Source of the DNA: Longimicrobiales bacterium
Lineage (GTDB): Bacteria; Gemmatimonadota; Gemmatimonadetes; Longimicrobiales; RSA9
Assembly: GCA_035461245.1 (NCBI GenBank)
Contig: DATHVP010000008.1
Location: forward strand, 6,000 to 69,999
DNA length: 64,000 nucleotides
Direction: 5' to 3'
Part shown: positions 7,710 to 15,982 of the stretch, piece after piece
How positions within the stretch are numbered: the first letter of the stretch is position 1
Layout: every line of letters starts with the position of its first letter
Position numbers and translations under genes: made by a program
Notes under the pieces: model-generated
Databases searched by the model: none
What the model saw: the letters and a program-made list of their open reading frames with translations, nothing else
What the model was told of the DNA's origin: nothing

Positions 7710-10006
7710 GTGTCGATCGGCGCATGTTCCTCAAGGGTGCCGCAGTGGCGTCGGCGGCGGCCATCGCACCCGCAGGCCTGGCCGCCGCTGCCGGGTCCCG
7801 CGCCAGGCAGGTGCCGGAATGGCACCGGGCCCCCTGTCGCTTCTGCGGTATCGGCTGCGGCCTGCTCGTCGCCGTGCAGGACGGTCGCGCAGTCGCGGTA
7901 AGGGGAGACCTCGAATCGCCAGTGAACCGCGGGATGGCATGCGTGCGCGGTTACCATGCCATCCACACGCTGTACGGGCGGGACCGCGTCACCAGCCCGC
8001 TCATACGTCATGCAGGCAGGCTCGTGGCGGCAACCCCCGCCGACGCGTACGACCTCATCGCGGGGCGGATCAAGGAGGTCGTCGCCAGCCAGGGTGCGGA
8101 TGCCACAGGCGTGTACGGCTCCGGTCACTGGAGCGTGACGGACGCGTACGTGGCGGCGAAGCTGTTCAAGGCCGGGCTCGGCACGAACAACGTGGACACC
8201 AGCACGCGGCTCTACCACGCTTCTGCCACGGCCGGATTCCTGAGCACCTTCGGCCAGCCGGGGGCACCCGGCTGCTTCGCCGACGTCGAGTTCGCGGACA
8301 CGTTCGTGCTGTGGGGCCACAACATGGCCGAGACCGATCCGGTGCTCTTCTCCCGCATCCTGGAGCGGCGGCGGACCAGTCCCGCCGTGCGCATCATAAC
8401 CCTCGGCACGCAGGCCACGCGCACCAGCTACGCTGCTGATCGCGCCCTGCTGCACCGGCCGCATGCGGAGATCGCCCTCGCCAACGCCATATGCAGCGCC
8501 GTGGTCCGGCGTGGCGGGGTGGACAGGAACTTCGTGAGCCGCCATGTCGCCTTTGCCAGGGGCACGGACGCTCCCGGCTACGGTGCGCATGAGCAGGTCA
8601 CTGTCACCGACGACGTCGTTCCCTCGACGTTCGACGCGTTCGTACGGTTCCTCGAGGACTATCGACCGGAGCAGATGGAGGCCGCTACCGGCGTGGCGGC
8701 CGCCGACCTCAACTGGCTCGCCGCGCTGTATGCCGATCGTGGACGGAAGGTGCTGTCCGTCTGGGGCAGCGACCTGAACCAGCACGTGCGTGGCACCTGG
8801 CTGAACAACGCGCTGCACAACATCCACCTGATCACCGGCAAGGTCGCGTCACCGGGGAACGGCGCCCTGTGTTGCGCCGCTCAGCCGGGCGGTGCCGATG
8901 CCGTCCACGCAGCCGGCGCCACGCCCGATGGACTGCCCCGCGGCTCCGTCTCCAGCGCTGCCGACAGGCAACACGCCGCCCGGATCTGGGGCGTGCCGGC
9001 CAGCCGCATCAGTGCCCAGCCGGGCCGGACGGCCCTGGCCATGTTCCGCGGCGTGGAGAGCGGCGCCATGCGCTTCCTCTGGGTGCAGGCCACGAACCCG
9101 CTGGCCAGCCTGCCGAACGCCCGGCGCTACCGGCGGGCGGTAGCCGACGGGAACGCGTTCCTTGTGGTGACAGAAGCGTATCCAACCGTCACTTCTGCCG
9201 CCGCCGATGTGGTACTGCCTGCCGCCCTGTGGCTGGAGCGGGAAGGCGTGTACGGCAGCAGTGAGCGGCGCAGCCAGTACTTTCCGCGGGTCGTCCCCGC
9301 GCCCGGCTCCGCAAGGGCCGATGGCTGGCACATGGTCGAGGTCGGCCGGCGGCTGGGCTTCGGCGCACTGCTGCCGTGGCAGGAGCAATCCCTCGTGGCC
9401 GATGCCTGGGCAGAACTGATCCGCTTCCATCCGACGGCGCAGCCGGTGTCCCTTGCCGTGATGCGTAACGGTCCGGGCGCCATCTGGCCGTTCGGTGGTG
9501 AGCAGGAGGCGGGCTGGCGCTACAGCACCGCACACGATCCTGGCACCGATCGGTCCAGGGGCGCATTCCACTTCTACGGCTACAGTGACGGGCGTGCACG
9601 CATCTGGCTTCGGCCTCACGAGCCGCCGGCGGAAATGCCCGACGAACGCTACCCCTTCTGGCTCACCGTGGGGCGTGTACTCGAACACGGCGGGACGGGC
9701 ACGCTTACCCGCCGCGTGCCCGCGCTGCAGCGCGCCGTGCCGCGTGCGTACGTCGAACTGAGTCGGAAGGACGCGACAGCACTGGGCATCCGCGACGGCG
9801 AGCGCGTGCGCCTGGTGACACGCCGAGGGTCGCTGGAGATGGATGCGCGCATAGAGCACCGCAGCCAGCCCCAGCAGGGCCAGGTTTTCGTGCCGTGCTT
9901 CGATGAAGACGCGCCCGTCAACCTGCTGACTCTCGATGCATGCTGCCCGCTAGCCGGACAGCCGGACTACGGCAAGTGCGCCGTGCGCGTGGAGCGCCTG
10001 ACATGA
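7706..10006 (+). CDS. Tat-exported molybdopterin oxidoreductase catalytic subunit, NapA-like but lacking the Cys Mo ligand
   Basis: The twin-arginine signal reads MSVDRRMFLKGAAVASAAAIAP. The FS0 4Fe-4S motif is PCRFCGIGCG...NRGMACVRGY. The C-terminus is NapA-like (VFVPCFDEDAPVNLLTLDACCPLAGQPDYGKCAVRVE). The segment TRLYHASATAGF aligns with the NapA ARHCMASA motif (see findings). ATG 7706 overlaps the upstream stop (ATGA). Confidence 0.9.
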   Translation: MSVDRRMFLKGAAVASAAAIAPAGLAAAAGSRARQVPEWHRAPCRFCGIGCGLLVAVQDGRAVAVRGDLESPVNRGMACVRGYHAIHTLYGRDRVTSPLIRHAGRLVAATPADAYDLIAGRIKEVVASQGADATGVYGSGHWSVTDAYVAAKLFKAGLGTNNVDTSTRLYHASATAGFLSTFGQPGAPGCFADVEFADTFVLWGHNMAETDPVLFSRILERRRTSPAVRIITLGTQATRTSYAADRALLHRPHAEIALANAICSAVVRRGGVDRNFVSRHVAFARGTDAPGYGAHEQVTVTDDVVPSTFDAFVRFLEDYRPEQMEAATGVAAADLNWLAALYADRGRKVLSVWGSDLNQHVRGTWLNNALHNIHLITGKVASPGNGALCCAAQPGGADAVHAAGATPDGLPRGSVSSAADRQHAARIWGVPASRISAQPGRTALAMFRGVESGAMRFLWVQATNPLASLPNARRYRRAVADGNAFLVVTEAYPTVTSAAADVVLPAALWLEREGVYGSSERRSQYFPRVVPAPGSARADGWHMVEVGRRLGFGALLPWQEQSLVADAWAELIRFHPTAQPVSLAVMRNGPGAIWPFGGEQEAGWRYSTAHDPGTDRSRGAFHFYGYSDGRARIWLRPHEPPAEMPDERYPFWLTVGRVLEHGGTGTLTRRVPALQRAVPRAYVELSRKDATALGIRDGERVRLVTRRGSLEMDARIEHRSQPQQGQVFVPCFDEDAPVNLLTLDACCPLAGQPDYGKCAVRVERLT

Positions 10007-10851
10007 GGGCCCGCGCCCGCGGCCTGACGGCAGGCGCCCGCGTCCTGACTGCTGGCGCTGCAGCGGCTGGTGCGTGGCTGCTGCTGTGGGGCCTCAACGG
10101 TGCCCTCGAACGGCGCGTCGCAGGGCGGCTCATGCATGTTGCGATGCCTGCCGGCGCTGGCCCCGCGGATGTTCGCCATGCGGCTGACCTGCCTGGCGCT
10201 CGCCTCATCGCACCGGCTGCGCCCATCGCTGCCGAAGCGCTCGTGTTCCGCTCCACCCCTGCGGCCGTGGCCTCAGCCGTCGCCGTGGTGCGGAGGGCGG
10301 ACGCTCACCCCCGGACACTGGCGACATATCGGTCCCTGCGCGCCTATCCGGGAGCGCCGCCACGGGTGCCACACGGCCTTACCATCGAAGAGTTCCGGCA
10401 GTCTTCCTGCAACAACTGTCATGAGCGAGGCGGTTACGCGCCGCGTTTCGGTGCGTATGTCCCGGTCACGCCCCACCCCGAGCGCGCCGGCTGCCTGCAA
10501 TGCCACGCCACGGACGCGACGGTGGTTGGCCGGCCGCTGCCGGACGACCGGCCCGACGCACTGTGCCGCCAGTGCCATGCCGCCCTTGCCGCCGCGCCGG
10601 CAGAGCGCGGACCTGCCTGGCCGGCCGCGGCATGGCCCGAGGTGCGGGGCAGTGCCGACGGCGCGCCGCCCGACATCCCCCACGACGTGCAGCAGCGGGG
10701 CAATTGCCTGGCATGCCACATGGGGCCGGCGGCAGTGGCGGAGATCCGCACGACCCATCCCGACCGGACGAACTGCAGGCAGTGCCACCTGGCCCCCGCC
10801 GAAGGCTGGTGGCCTACATTGTCGCCCCCGTCGTCGACAGGTCTGCCATGA
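10003..10851 (+). CDS. pentahaem cytochrome c made of two NapB-like dihaem units plus one extra haem
   Basis: The first unit is PPRVPHGL...CNNCH...THPERAGCLQCH and the second is PPDIPHDV...CLACH...THPDRTNCRQCH. Both match the NapB pattern (PP-x-IPH...C-L-x-CH...H...C-x-QCH, recalled from memory). CRQCH lies between them. ATG 10003 overlaps the upstream stop (ATGA). Confidence 0.7.
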   Translation: MRARARGLTAGARVLTAGAAAAGAWLLLWGLNGALERRVAGRLMHVAMPAGAGPADVRHAADLPGARLIAPAAPIAAEALVFRSTPAAVASAVAVVRRADAHPRTLATYRSLRAYPGAPPRVPHGLTIEEFRQSSCNNCHERGGYAPRFGAYVPVTPHPERAGCLQCHATDATVVGRPLPDDRPDALCRQCHAALAAAPAERGPAWPAAAWPEVRGSADGAPPDIPHDVQQRGNCLACHMGPAAVAEIRTTHPDRTNCRQCHLAPAEGWWPTLSPPSSTGLP

Positions 10852-11594
10852 CGCGACTCTGCTCGATCATCTTCCTCGGCGCCGCCGTCACCTGGTCGGG
10901 CTGCACCCGCGGCGATGCCGCCCGCCCTGAGCACGTCGCCGCCGATGCGCCGTCTCTGTCCGCGGCAGTGCCGACGCTGGCGGCTGCAGAACCCGCTCCT
11001 GCCCACGCCGGCGATGACGGGCCGATCCTGGAGCCGGGACAGCTGCGCAGCCTGCGCACCGCCGTCGTGCACGGCCGCACGGGTCCTGACGGGGCGCCGT
11101 TCGACGTGACGCTGCGCACACCCGGGGATGCTGGCCATGCGCGCCGCTTCGGCACGCACACCATCGACATCGCGCTGCGCTCCGGCGACGTGGGCGTCAT
11201 CCAGTATCCGTGCACCGCCTGCCACCTCGGCCGTGCCCTGGACCTGCAGGAGGAGCGCATGGCCGGCGCCCATGCGGACCTGCAGGTGACGCATCCCCGA
11301 GAGACGGGGGCTGCATGCCGCACCTGCCACTCCGCTGACAACGTCGAACTGCTGGCCCTGCGCAGTGGGGAGCAGACCACACTCGACCACGCGTACCGGA
11401 TCTGCGCTCAGTGCCATTTCAGCCAGGCGGATGCGTGGGCTGCCGGGATCCACGGCAAGCGACTGGACGGCTGGCAGGGCCGTCGCGTCGTCATGGGCTG
11501 CACCGATTGCCACGACCCCCACGCGCCCGCACTGCATGTGCGCCTGCCGTTCCGGCCGCCCGCCTTGCCCAGCACCGGGAGACGCCAGCCATGA
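10848..11594 (+). CDS. tetrahaem c-type cytochrome, probable lipoprotein (NrfB/ActA-like role)
   Basis: Four CxxCH motifs are present (CTACH, CRTCH, CAQCH, CTDCH). The signal reads MTRLCSIIFLGAAVTWSGC, with a lipobox-like WSGC. ATG 10848 overlaps the upstream stop (ATGA). Confidence 0.8.
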   Translation: MTRLCSIIFLGAAVTWSGCTRGDAARPEHVAADAPSLSAAVPTLAAAEPAPAHAGDDGPILEPGQLRSLRTAVVHGRTGPDGAPFDVTLRTPGDAGHARRFGTHTIDIALRSGDVGVIQYPCTACHLGRALDLQEERMAGAHADLQVTHPRETGAACRTCHSADNVELLALRSGEQTTLDHAYRICAQCHFSQADAWAAGIHGKRLDGWQGRRVVMGCTDCHDPHAPALHVRLPFRPPALPSTGRRQP

Positions 11595-12709
11595 TTGCCG
11601 AATCAAGCCGGGAGTTCCGCCTGGAGGACCTGCTGCGCCGTGTCGCCGCCGATGCGGATGCGTCCATGTCTGACCCGACAGCCGCTGCCACTGCCAGCGG
11701 GCCGCCCGCGTCCCGGCAGCAGTCCGCCCGTCCACCCTGCGCCGGTGAGGACGGCTGCAGTGGCTCGTGCAGCGGGGATCGCGGGACGCTGGCTGGGAAG
11801 CCGGTGGACCGGCGCAGGGCGCTGGGGATGCTCCTGGTTGGTGCGGGCGCCGGTGTCCAGGCCGCCTGCGCACCCGCAAGTGCGGCCACTGATGAGGAGC
11901 GTGAGGTGAAGCTGCTCCAGTGGCGCGAGTACATCAAGAACAACTACCGGCGGATGACGGAGCACGAACGCGCTGACACCATCCAGCGCCTGGAACGGCT
12001 GGCGCAGCTGCGCAGCGGAGTGAATGTCCTGATACAGGACACGCCTGCGCAGCCGGGCGTCATGTTCGGTTACGCGTTCAACATCAGCAAGTGCAAGGGG
12101 TTCCGCAGCTGTGTCGAGGCCTGCATCAACGAGAACAACCTGGATCGACGCGCGGATACCCACTACATCCGCATCTTCGAGATGGAGAACGGCGTCCTCG
12201 ACCTTGATCACGGGGACGCTACTTTCGCCCATGAGGTCCCGGCCGCCGGGCATTTCTACCTCGGCACGCAGTGCTTCCAGTGCGCCAACCCGCCGTGCGT
12301 CAAGGTCTGCCCCGTGGGCGCGACCTGGCAGGAGCCTGACGGCATAACCGTCGTCGATTACGACTGGTGCATCGGCTGCCGGTACTGCATGGCCGCCTGC
12401 CCGTACTGGGCTCGCCGCTTCAACTGGGGCCAGCCCGAAGTGCCGGCCCAGGAGGTCAACCCGAACCAGCACTACCTCGGGAACCGGGCGCGCAGGAAGG
12501 GCGTCGTCGAAAAGTGCACGTTCTGCATCCAGCGTTCACGGGAAGGCCGGCTGCCCGCCTGTGCCGAGGCATGCCCCACAGGTGCACGCGTGTTCGGCAA
12601 CCTGCTGGACCCCGGTTCCGAGATCCGCTGGGTGCTGGAGAACAGGAACGTGTTCCGCCTGAAGGAAGACCTGAAGACCGAACCGCGGTTCTGGTACTTC
12701 ACCGACTGA
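11591..12709 (+). CDS. 4Fe-4S ferredoxin-type subunit of the NrfC/PsrB/DmsB family with an internal Tat motif
   Basis: Cluster motifs are present: CKGFRSCVEAC, CFQCANPPCVKVCP, CIGCRYCMAACP, CTFC...CAEACP. DRRRALGMLLVGAGAG is twin-arginine-like. ATG 11591 overlaps the upstream stop (ATGA). The N-terminal roughly 70 aa are unusual (see findings). Confidence 0.9.
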   Translation: MIAESSREFRLEDLLRRVAADADASMSDPTAAATASGPPASRQQSARPPCAGEDGCSGSCSGDRGTLAGKPVDRRRALGMLLVGAGAGVQAACAPASAATDEEREVKLLQWREYIKNNYRRMTEHERADTIQRLERLAQLRSGVNVLIQDTPAQPGVMFGYAFNISKCKGFRSCVEACINENNLDRRADTHYIRIFEMENGVLDLDHGDATFAHEVPAAGHFYLGTQCFQCANPPCVKVCPVGATWQEPDGITVVDYDWCIGCRYCMAACPYWARRFNWGQPEVPAQEVNPNQHYLGNRARRKGVVEKCTFCIQRSREGRLPACAEACPTGARVFGNLLDPGSEIRWVLENRNVFRLKEDLKTEPRFWYFTD

Positions 12710-12746
12710 TGAACCGCCCGCGACGAGCGGGCACGGCACGGGCTGC

Positions 12747-14075
12747 GTGATCATGCATCTCCTCGCGTTCCTGCGAACCGCCGTCACCTCCGCCACATCG
12801 GGCGGCTGGCGCTACCGCGCGTGGCTGCTCGTGCTGGCCGCCACCATATCGGTCGGCGCCATGGCGTATGGCATCCAGTTGCGCGACGGGCTGATCGTCA
12901 CGGGCATGAACGACCACGTGAGCTGGGGACTCTACATCTCCAACTTCACCTTCCTCGTCGGCCTCGCCGCCGCCGCCATGATGCTGGTGCTGCCCGCGTA
13001 TGTGCTCAGGGACGTGGACTTCGCGCGCGCCGTACTCATGGCGGAAGCCGTCGCCGTCGCCGCCCTCGTCATGTGCCTGCTCTTCGTCGTCGTGGATGTT
13101 GGCAATCCCATGGCCGGCTGGCATCTCATGCCCGTCATCGGCTCGCTGAACTGGCCCAGCTCACTGCTGGCCTGGGACGTCATCGTGCTCCACGGGTACC
13201 TCGCCCTCAACCTGGCCATACCATTCTACATCCTCTACTCCAGGTACACCGGGCGCGTACCGGACAAGCGCAAGTACCTGCCATGGATGTACGTGGCGGT
13301 CATGTGGGCCGTAAGCATCCACCTGGTGACGGCGTTCCTTTTGGCCGGGCTGCCCGCTCGCCCGTTCTGGAACACCGCCCTGCTCGGCCCGCGCTTCCTC
13401 GCCTCCGCGTTCACTGCTGGCCCGGCGTTCGTGATCCTGCTCCTCTACTTCATCCGCAGCCAGACACGGTACGAGATCAGTGATGGAGCATTCACGAAGC
13501 TCGCACTCATCACGACAGTCGCCGCCCAGATCAACCTGGTGATGCTGGGCTCCGAGCTGTTCTACAAGTTCTATGCGCCCACTCACCACGGCATCAATGC
13601 GAAGTACCTGTTCCTCGGGCTGGATGGCGCGAACGCACTTGTACCGTGGATCTGGTCGGCCATTGCCCTGAACGTTCTGGCGACGCTGGCGCTGTCCATC
13701 CACCCGCTGCGCCGCAACCCTCGCACGCTCATGGTTGCATGCGCTGTCCTGTTCATTGCCATCTGGGTGGAGAAGGGCATCGGGCTCGTGATACCGGGGT
13801 TCGTGCCGTCTCCCCTCGGCGAGATCGTGGAGTACTCGCCCACCTGGATCGAGCTGGCGGTGACGGCCGGCGTCTGGGCCGTGGGCCTGCTGGTCCTGAC
13901 CGTCCTCGTCCAGGTGGCGCTGCCCATCGAGCTCGGCCTCGTGCGCAGTCCCTACATTCACGCCGACCGGCAAGCCGGCGTCATCAGGCCGCGCCTGACG
14001 CGAACACAGGGCGTTCGCCGCGACGAACGGCCCACCGACCGGAATCGGGGCGGGCGCCCCGTACGCACACGCTGA
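12747..14075 (+). CDS. NrfD/PsrC-family integral membrane quinol-interacting subunit
   Basis: The protein is polytopic, with about 10 hydrophobic helices. The N-terminal region is typical of the NrfD family (GMNDHVSWGLYISNFTFLVGLAAAAMM). It follows an NrfC-like gene. The start is GTG 12747, or alternatively ATG 12753. Confidence 0.85.
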   Translation: MIMHLLAFLRTAVTSATSGGWRYRAWLLVLAATISVGAMAYGIQLRDGLIVTGMNDHVSWGLYISNFTFLVGLAAAAMMLVLPAYVLRDVDFARAVLMAEAVAVAALVMCLLFVVVDVGNPMAGWHLMPVIGSLNWPSSLLAWDVIVLHGYLALNLAIPFYILYSRYTGRVPDKRKYLPWMYVAVMWAVSIHLVTAFLLAGLPARPFWNTALLGPRFLASAFTAGPAFVILLLYFIRSQTRYEISDGAFTKLALITTVAAQINLVMLGSELFYKFYAPTHHGINAKYLFLGLDGANALVPWIWSAIALNVLATLALSIHPLRRNPRTLMVACAVLFIAIWVEKGIGLVIPGFVPSPLGEIVEYSPTWIELAVTAGVWAVGLLVLTVLVQVALPIELGLVRSPYIHADRQAGVIRPRLTRTQGVRRDERPTDRNRGGRPVRTR

Positions 14076-14126
14076 ACAACACCCGCGGCAGGCAACCCCT
14101 CGCCCGCTGCTCACAAGGAGGCATCC

Positions 14127-15098
14127 ATGCCCGGATTCTCGCCGAACGACACCCGCTACCCCTTCGCGGCAGTAATCACCGGCGCTGGAGTGGCCGCCAT
14201 TGCGGGTGGGCTCCTCATGCTTGCGGGATTCCTCCCTTACCTGGCGGCGGGGGCAGGAGTCGCACTGGGCCTGTTCATCGGCTCCTCCATCAAGTATGCC
14301 GACCAGTGGGAGAAGGCCGTTCTGCTGCGCCTCGGTCGCTATCGCGGGCTTCGCGGACCCGGATACTTCGCCGTCGTGCCGATCATCGATCGCATCAGCT
14401 ACCACATCGACCAGCGCATCCGGACCACTGCGTTCGGCGCCGAGTCGTGCCTGACCCGGGATACCGTGCCGGTGAACGTGGACGCCATCGCCTTCTGGGT
14501 AGTCTATGACGCGGAGCGCGCCGCCCTCGAGGTGCAGGACTATGACGAGGCCGTCATCCTCTCCGCCCAGACCGCACTGCGCGATGCCATCGGCAAGCAT
14601 GACCTCGCCGAGCTCATTCAGTCGCGGGTTGAACTCGGGCGCGGGCTCAAGGAGGCACTGGAACTGAAGATGGAGAACTGGGGCATTCACGTACAGTCCG
14701 TCGAGATCCGCGACGTTATCATCCCGCCAGCACTGGAGGACGCCATGTCCCGCCAGGCACAGGCGGAGCGGGAGCGGCAGGCCCGCATTATCCTCGGTAC
14801 TGCCGAGACCGAGATCGCCTCCAAGTTTGTCGAGGCGGCTGACAGTTATCGCGAACACCCGGCTGCATTGAACCTCCGTGCCATGAACATGCTCTATGAG
14901 AGCATCGTCAAGCGCGGCTCCCTCATGGTCGTGCCGTCGGGCCTTGCTGATTCCCTGAACGTGCCAAGACTGACTGGCCTCATGGGCGTGGCCGCCATGG
15001 TGCCCGGCAACCAGGCCCTCATGCAGGCCGAGCCCACGGATGGGGATGGCCTCGCCAGCCAGCGCCACCCTCTGCCGATCATGGCGGACAGTCAGTGA
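14127..15098 (+). CDS. SPFH/band-7 (stomatin/prohibitin-like) membrane protein
   Basis: An AAGGAGG RBS precedes the start. An N-terminal TM region is followed by the band-7 core (WEKAVLLRLGRYRGLRGPGYFAVVPIIDR, RDTVPVNVDAIAFW, IQSVEIRDVIIP, QAQAERERQARII). Confidence 0.9.
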   Translation: MPGFSPNDTRYPFAAVITGAGVAAIAGGLLMLAGFLPYLAAGAGVALGLFIGSSIKYADQWEKAVLLRLGRYRGLRGPGYFAVVPIIDRISYHIDQRIRTTAFGAESCLTRDTVPVNVDAIAFWVVYDAERAALEVQDYDEAVILSAQTALRDAIGKHDLAELIQSRVELGRGLKEALELKMENWGIHVQSVEIRDVIIPPALEDAMSRQAQAERERQARIILGTAETEIASKFVEAADSYREHPAALNLRAMNMLYESIVKRGSLMVVPSGLADSLNVPRLTGLMGVAAMVPGNQALMQAEPTDGDGLASQRHPLPIMADSQ

Positions 15099-15144
15099 GC
15101 CATCCCACGATCCTTCATGTCCCGCTCGAGCCCGGGAGGCCGAA

Positions 15145-15843
15145 ATGGACAACAACATCGTTGCGCACAGGACTTCCTATGTCGTATCCACCGATGCGCT
15201 GCCGGTCATGGGCTGGACCGCAGGCGTTGCCGCGACCTGGGCAGGCGCCGGCGGTGCCGCCGGTGGCGCCCTCGTAGCCGCGTTCCTCCTCTCCGGGCGC
15301 ATGCACCCCGACGGCGCCGTGCCCATGACACTGCTGCTCGCCACCGCCGGCAGCCTGCTCGGGCTCGTTCACGGCGCCGTCCTCGGGTTCATCGGCCGTC
15401 ATGCTGGCGGCACTGGTGAATTGCGCACCCGCGACAGGGCCTTCGCTGTCTTCGTTGCCACGGCCGCGGTCCTCGCGTCCATCGCGCTCGCTCTCTGGCT
15501 CGTGCTCAGTTCCATCGTCGCCAGGGCCGGCAGCGCCTGGGGCTGGCTCGCCTTCGCCATCGGGACCCTCGCGGCCCTCGCCGTTGCCGCCCAGGCCTCC
15601 GTCATCGGCTGGCATTCCCTCATGACTGCCTTTACCGAGTGGCCGCAGCACCGGCTCGGTTTTCGCCTCGTGGCCGGATCCTTCACCACCATCACACTCG
15701 TGCTGCTCGCCCTGCGCCCCGCATTGCCTGGTACTTCACTCCAACTTCCCATGCTTGGCTGGATCCTCGTCGCGGGACTTGCCACCATCTGGATCGCGAC
15801 TCCCGGCATCATCGTCGCACTGCGGTTGCGCCGCACCCGGTGA
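15145..15843 (+). CDS. hypothetical polytopic membrane protein
   Basis: GGGAGG (15134-15139) precedes ATG 15145. The protein is Ala/Gly/Leu-rich with about 6 hydrophobic segments. No family was recognised. Confidence 0.5.
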   Translation: MDNNIVAHRTSYVVSTDALPVMGWTAGVAATWAGAGGAAGGALVAAFLLSGRMHPDGAVPMTLLLATAGSLLGLVHGAVLGFIGRHAGGTGELRTRDRAFAVFVATAAVLASIALALWLVLSSIVARAGSAWGWLAFAIGTLAALAVAAQASVIGWHSLMTAFTEWPQHRLGFRLVAGSFTTITLVLLALRPALPGTSLQLPMLGWILVAGLATIWIATPGIIVALRLRRTR

Positions 15844-15850
15844 ACCGTGG

Positions 15851-15887
15851 CTACGACGCTGTGGGGCATTCCCCCACAGCGTCGTAG
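15851..15887 (+). terminator. strong hairpin just after the stop codon (16-bp perfect stem, 5-nt loop)
   Basis: The stem is ctacgacgctgtgggg-cattc-ccccacagcgtcgtag. It begins 8 nt after the stop at 15841-15843. No U-tract follows, so it is an atypical intrinsic terminator. Confidence 0.55.
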
Positions 15888-15982
15888 GGCCAGTCCCCGC
15901 ACAAGGTTCGGTATGCCTCCCGACGGCGCTCCCGGTCGTAAAATCATACCTTTAGGTGCGAAATCAAACACGGGAGGATTTC

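Noticed and set aside
14127-15843. SPFH protein plus downstream membrane protein as a classical stomatin/NfeD pair
   Set aside because: The downstream product lacks any soluble OB-fold-like C-terminal domain or ClpP-like protease region typical of NfeD. It is entirely hydrophobic and Ala/Gly-rich, so the pairing is not asserted.
15938-15977. FNR/DNR/NnrR box upstream of nirK
   Set aside because: Only an ATCAA half-site is present. The position of the other half-site reads AGGTG, not TTGAT, so no TTGAT-N4-ATCAA palindrome exists.
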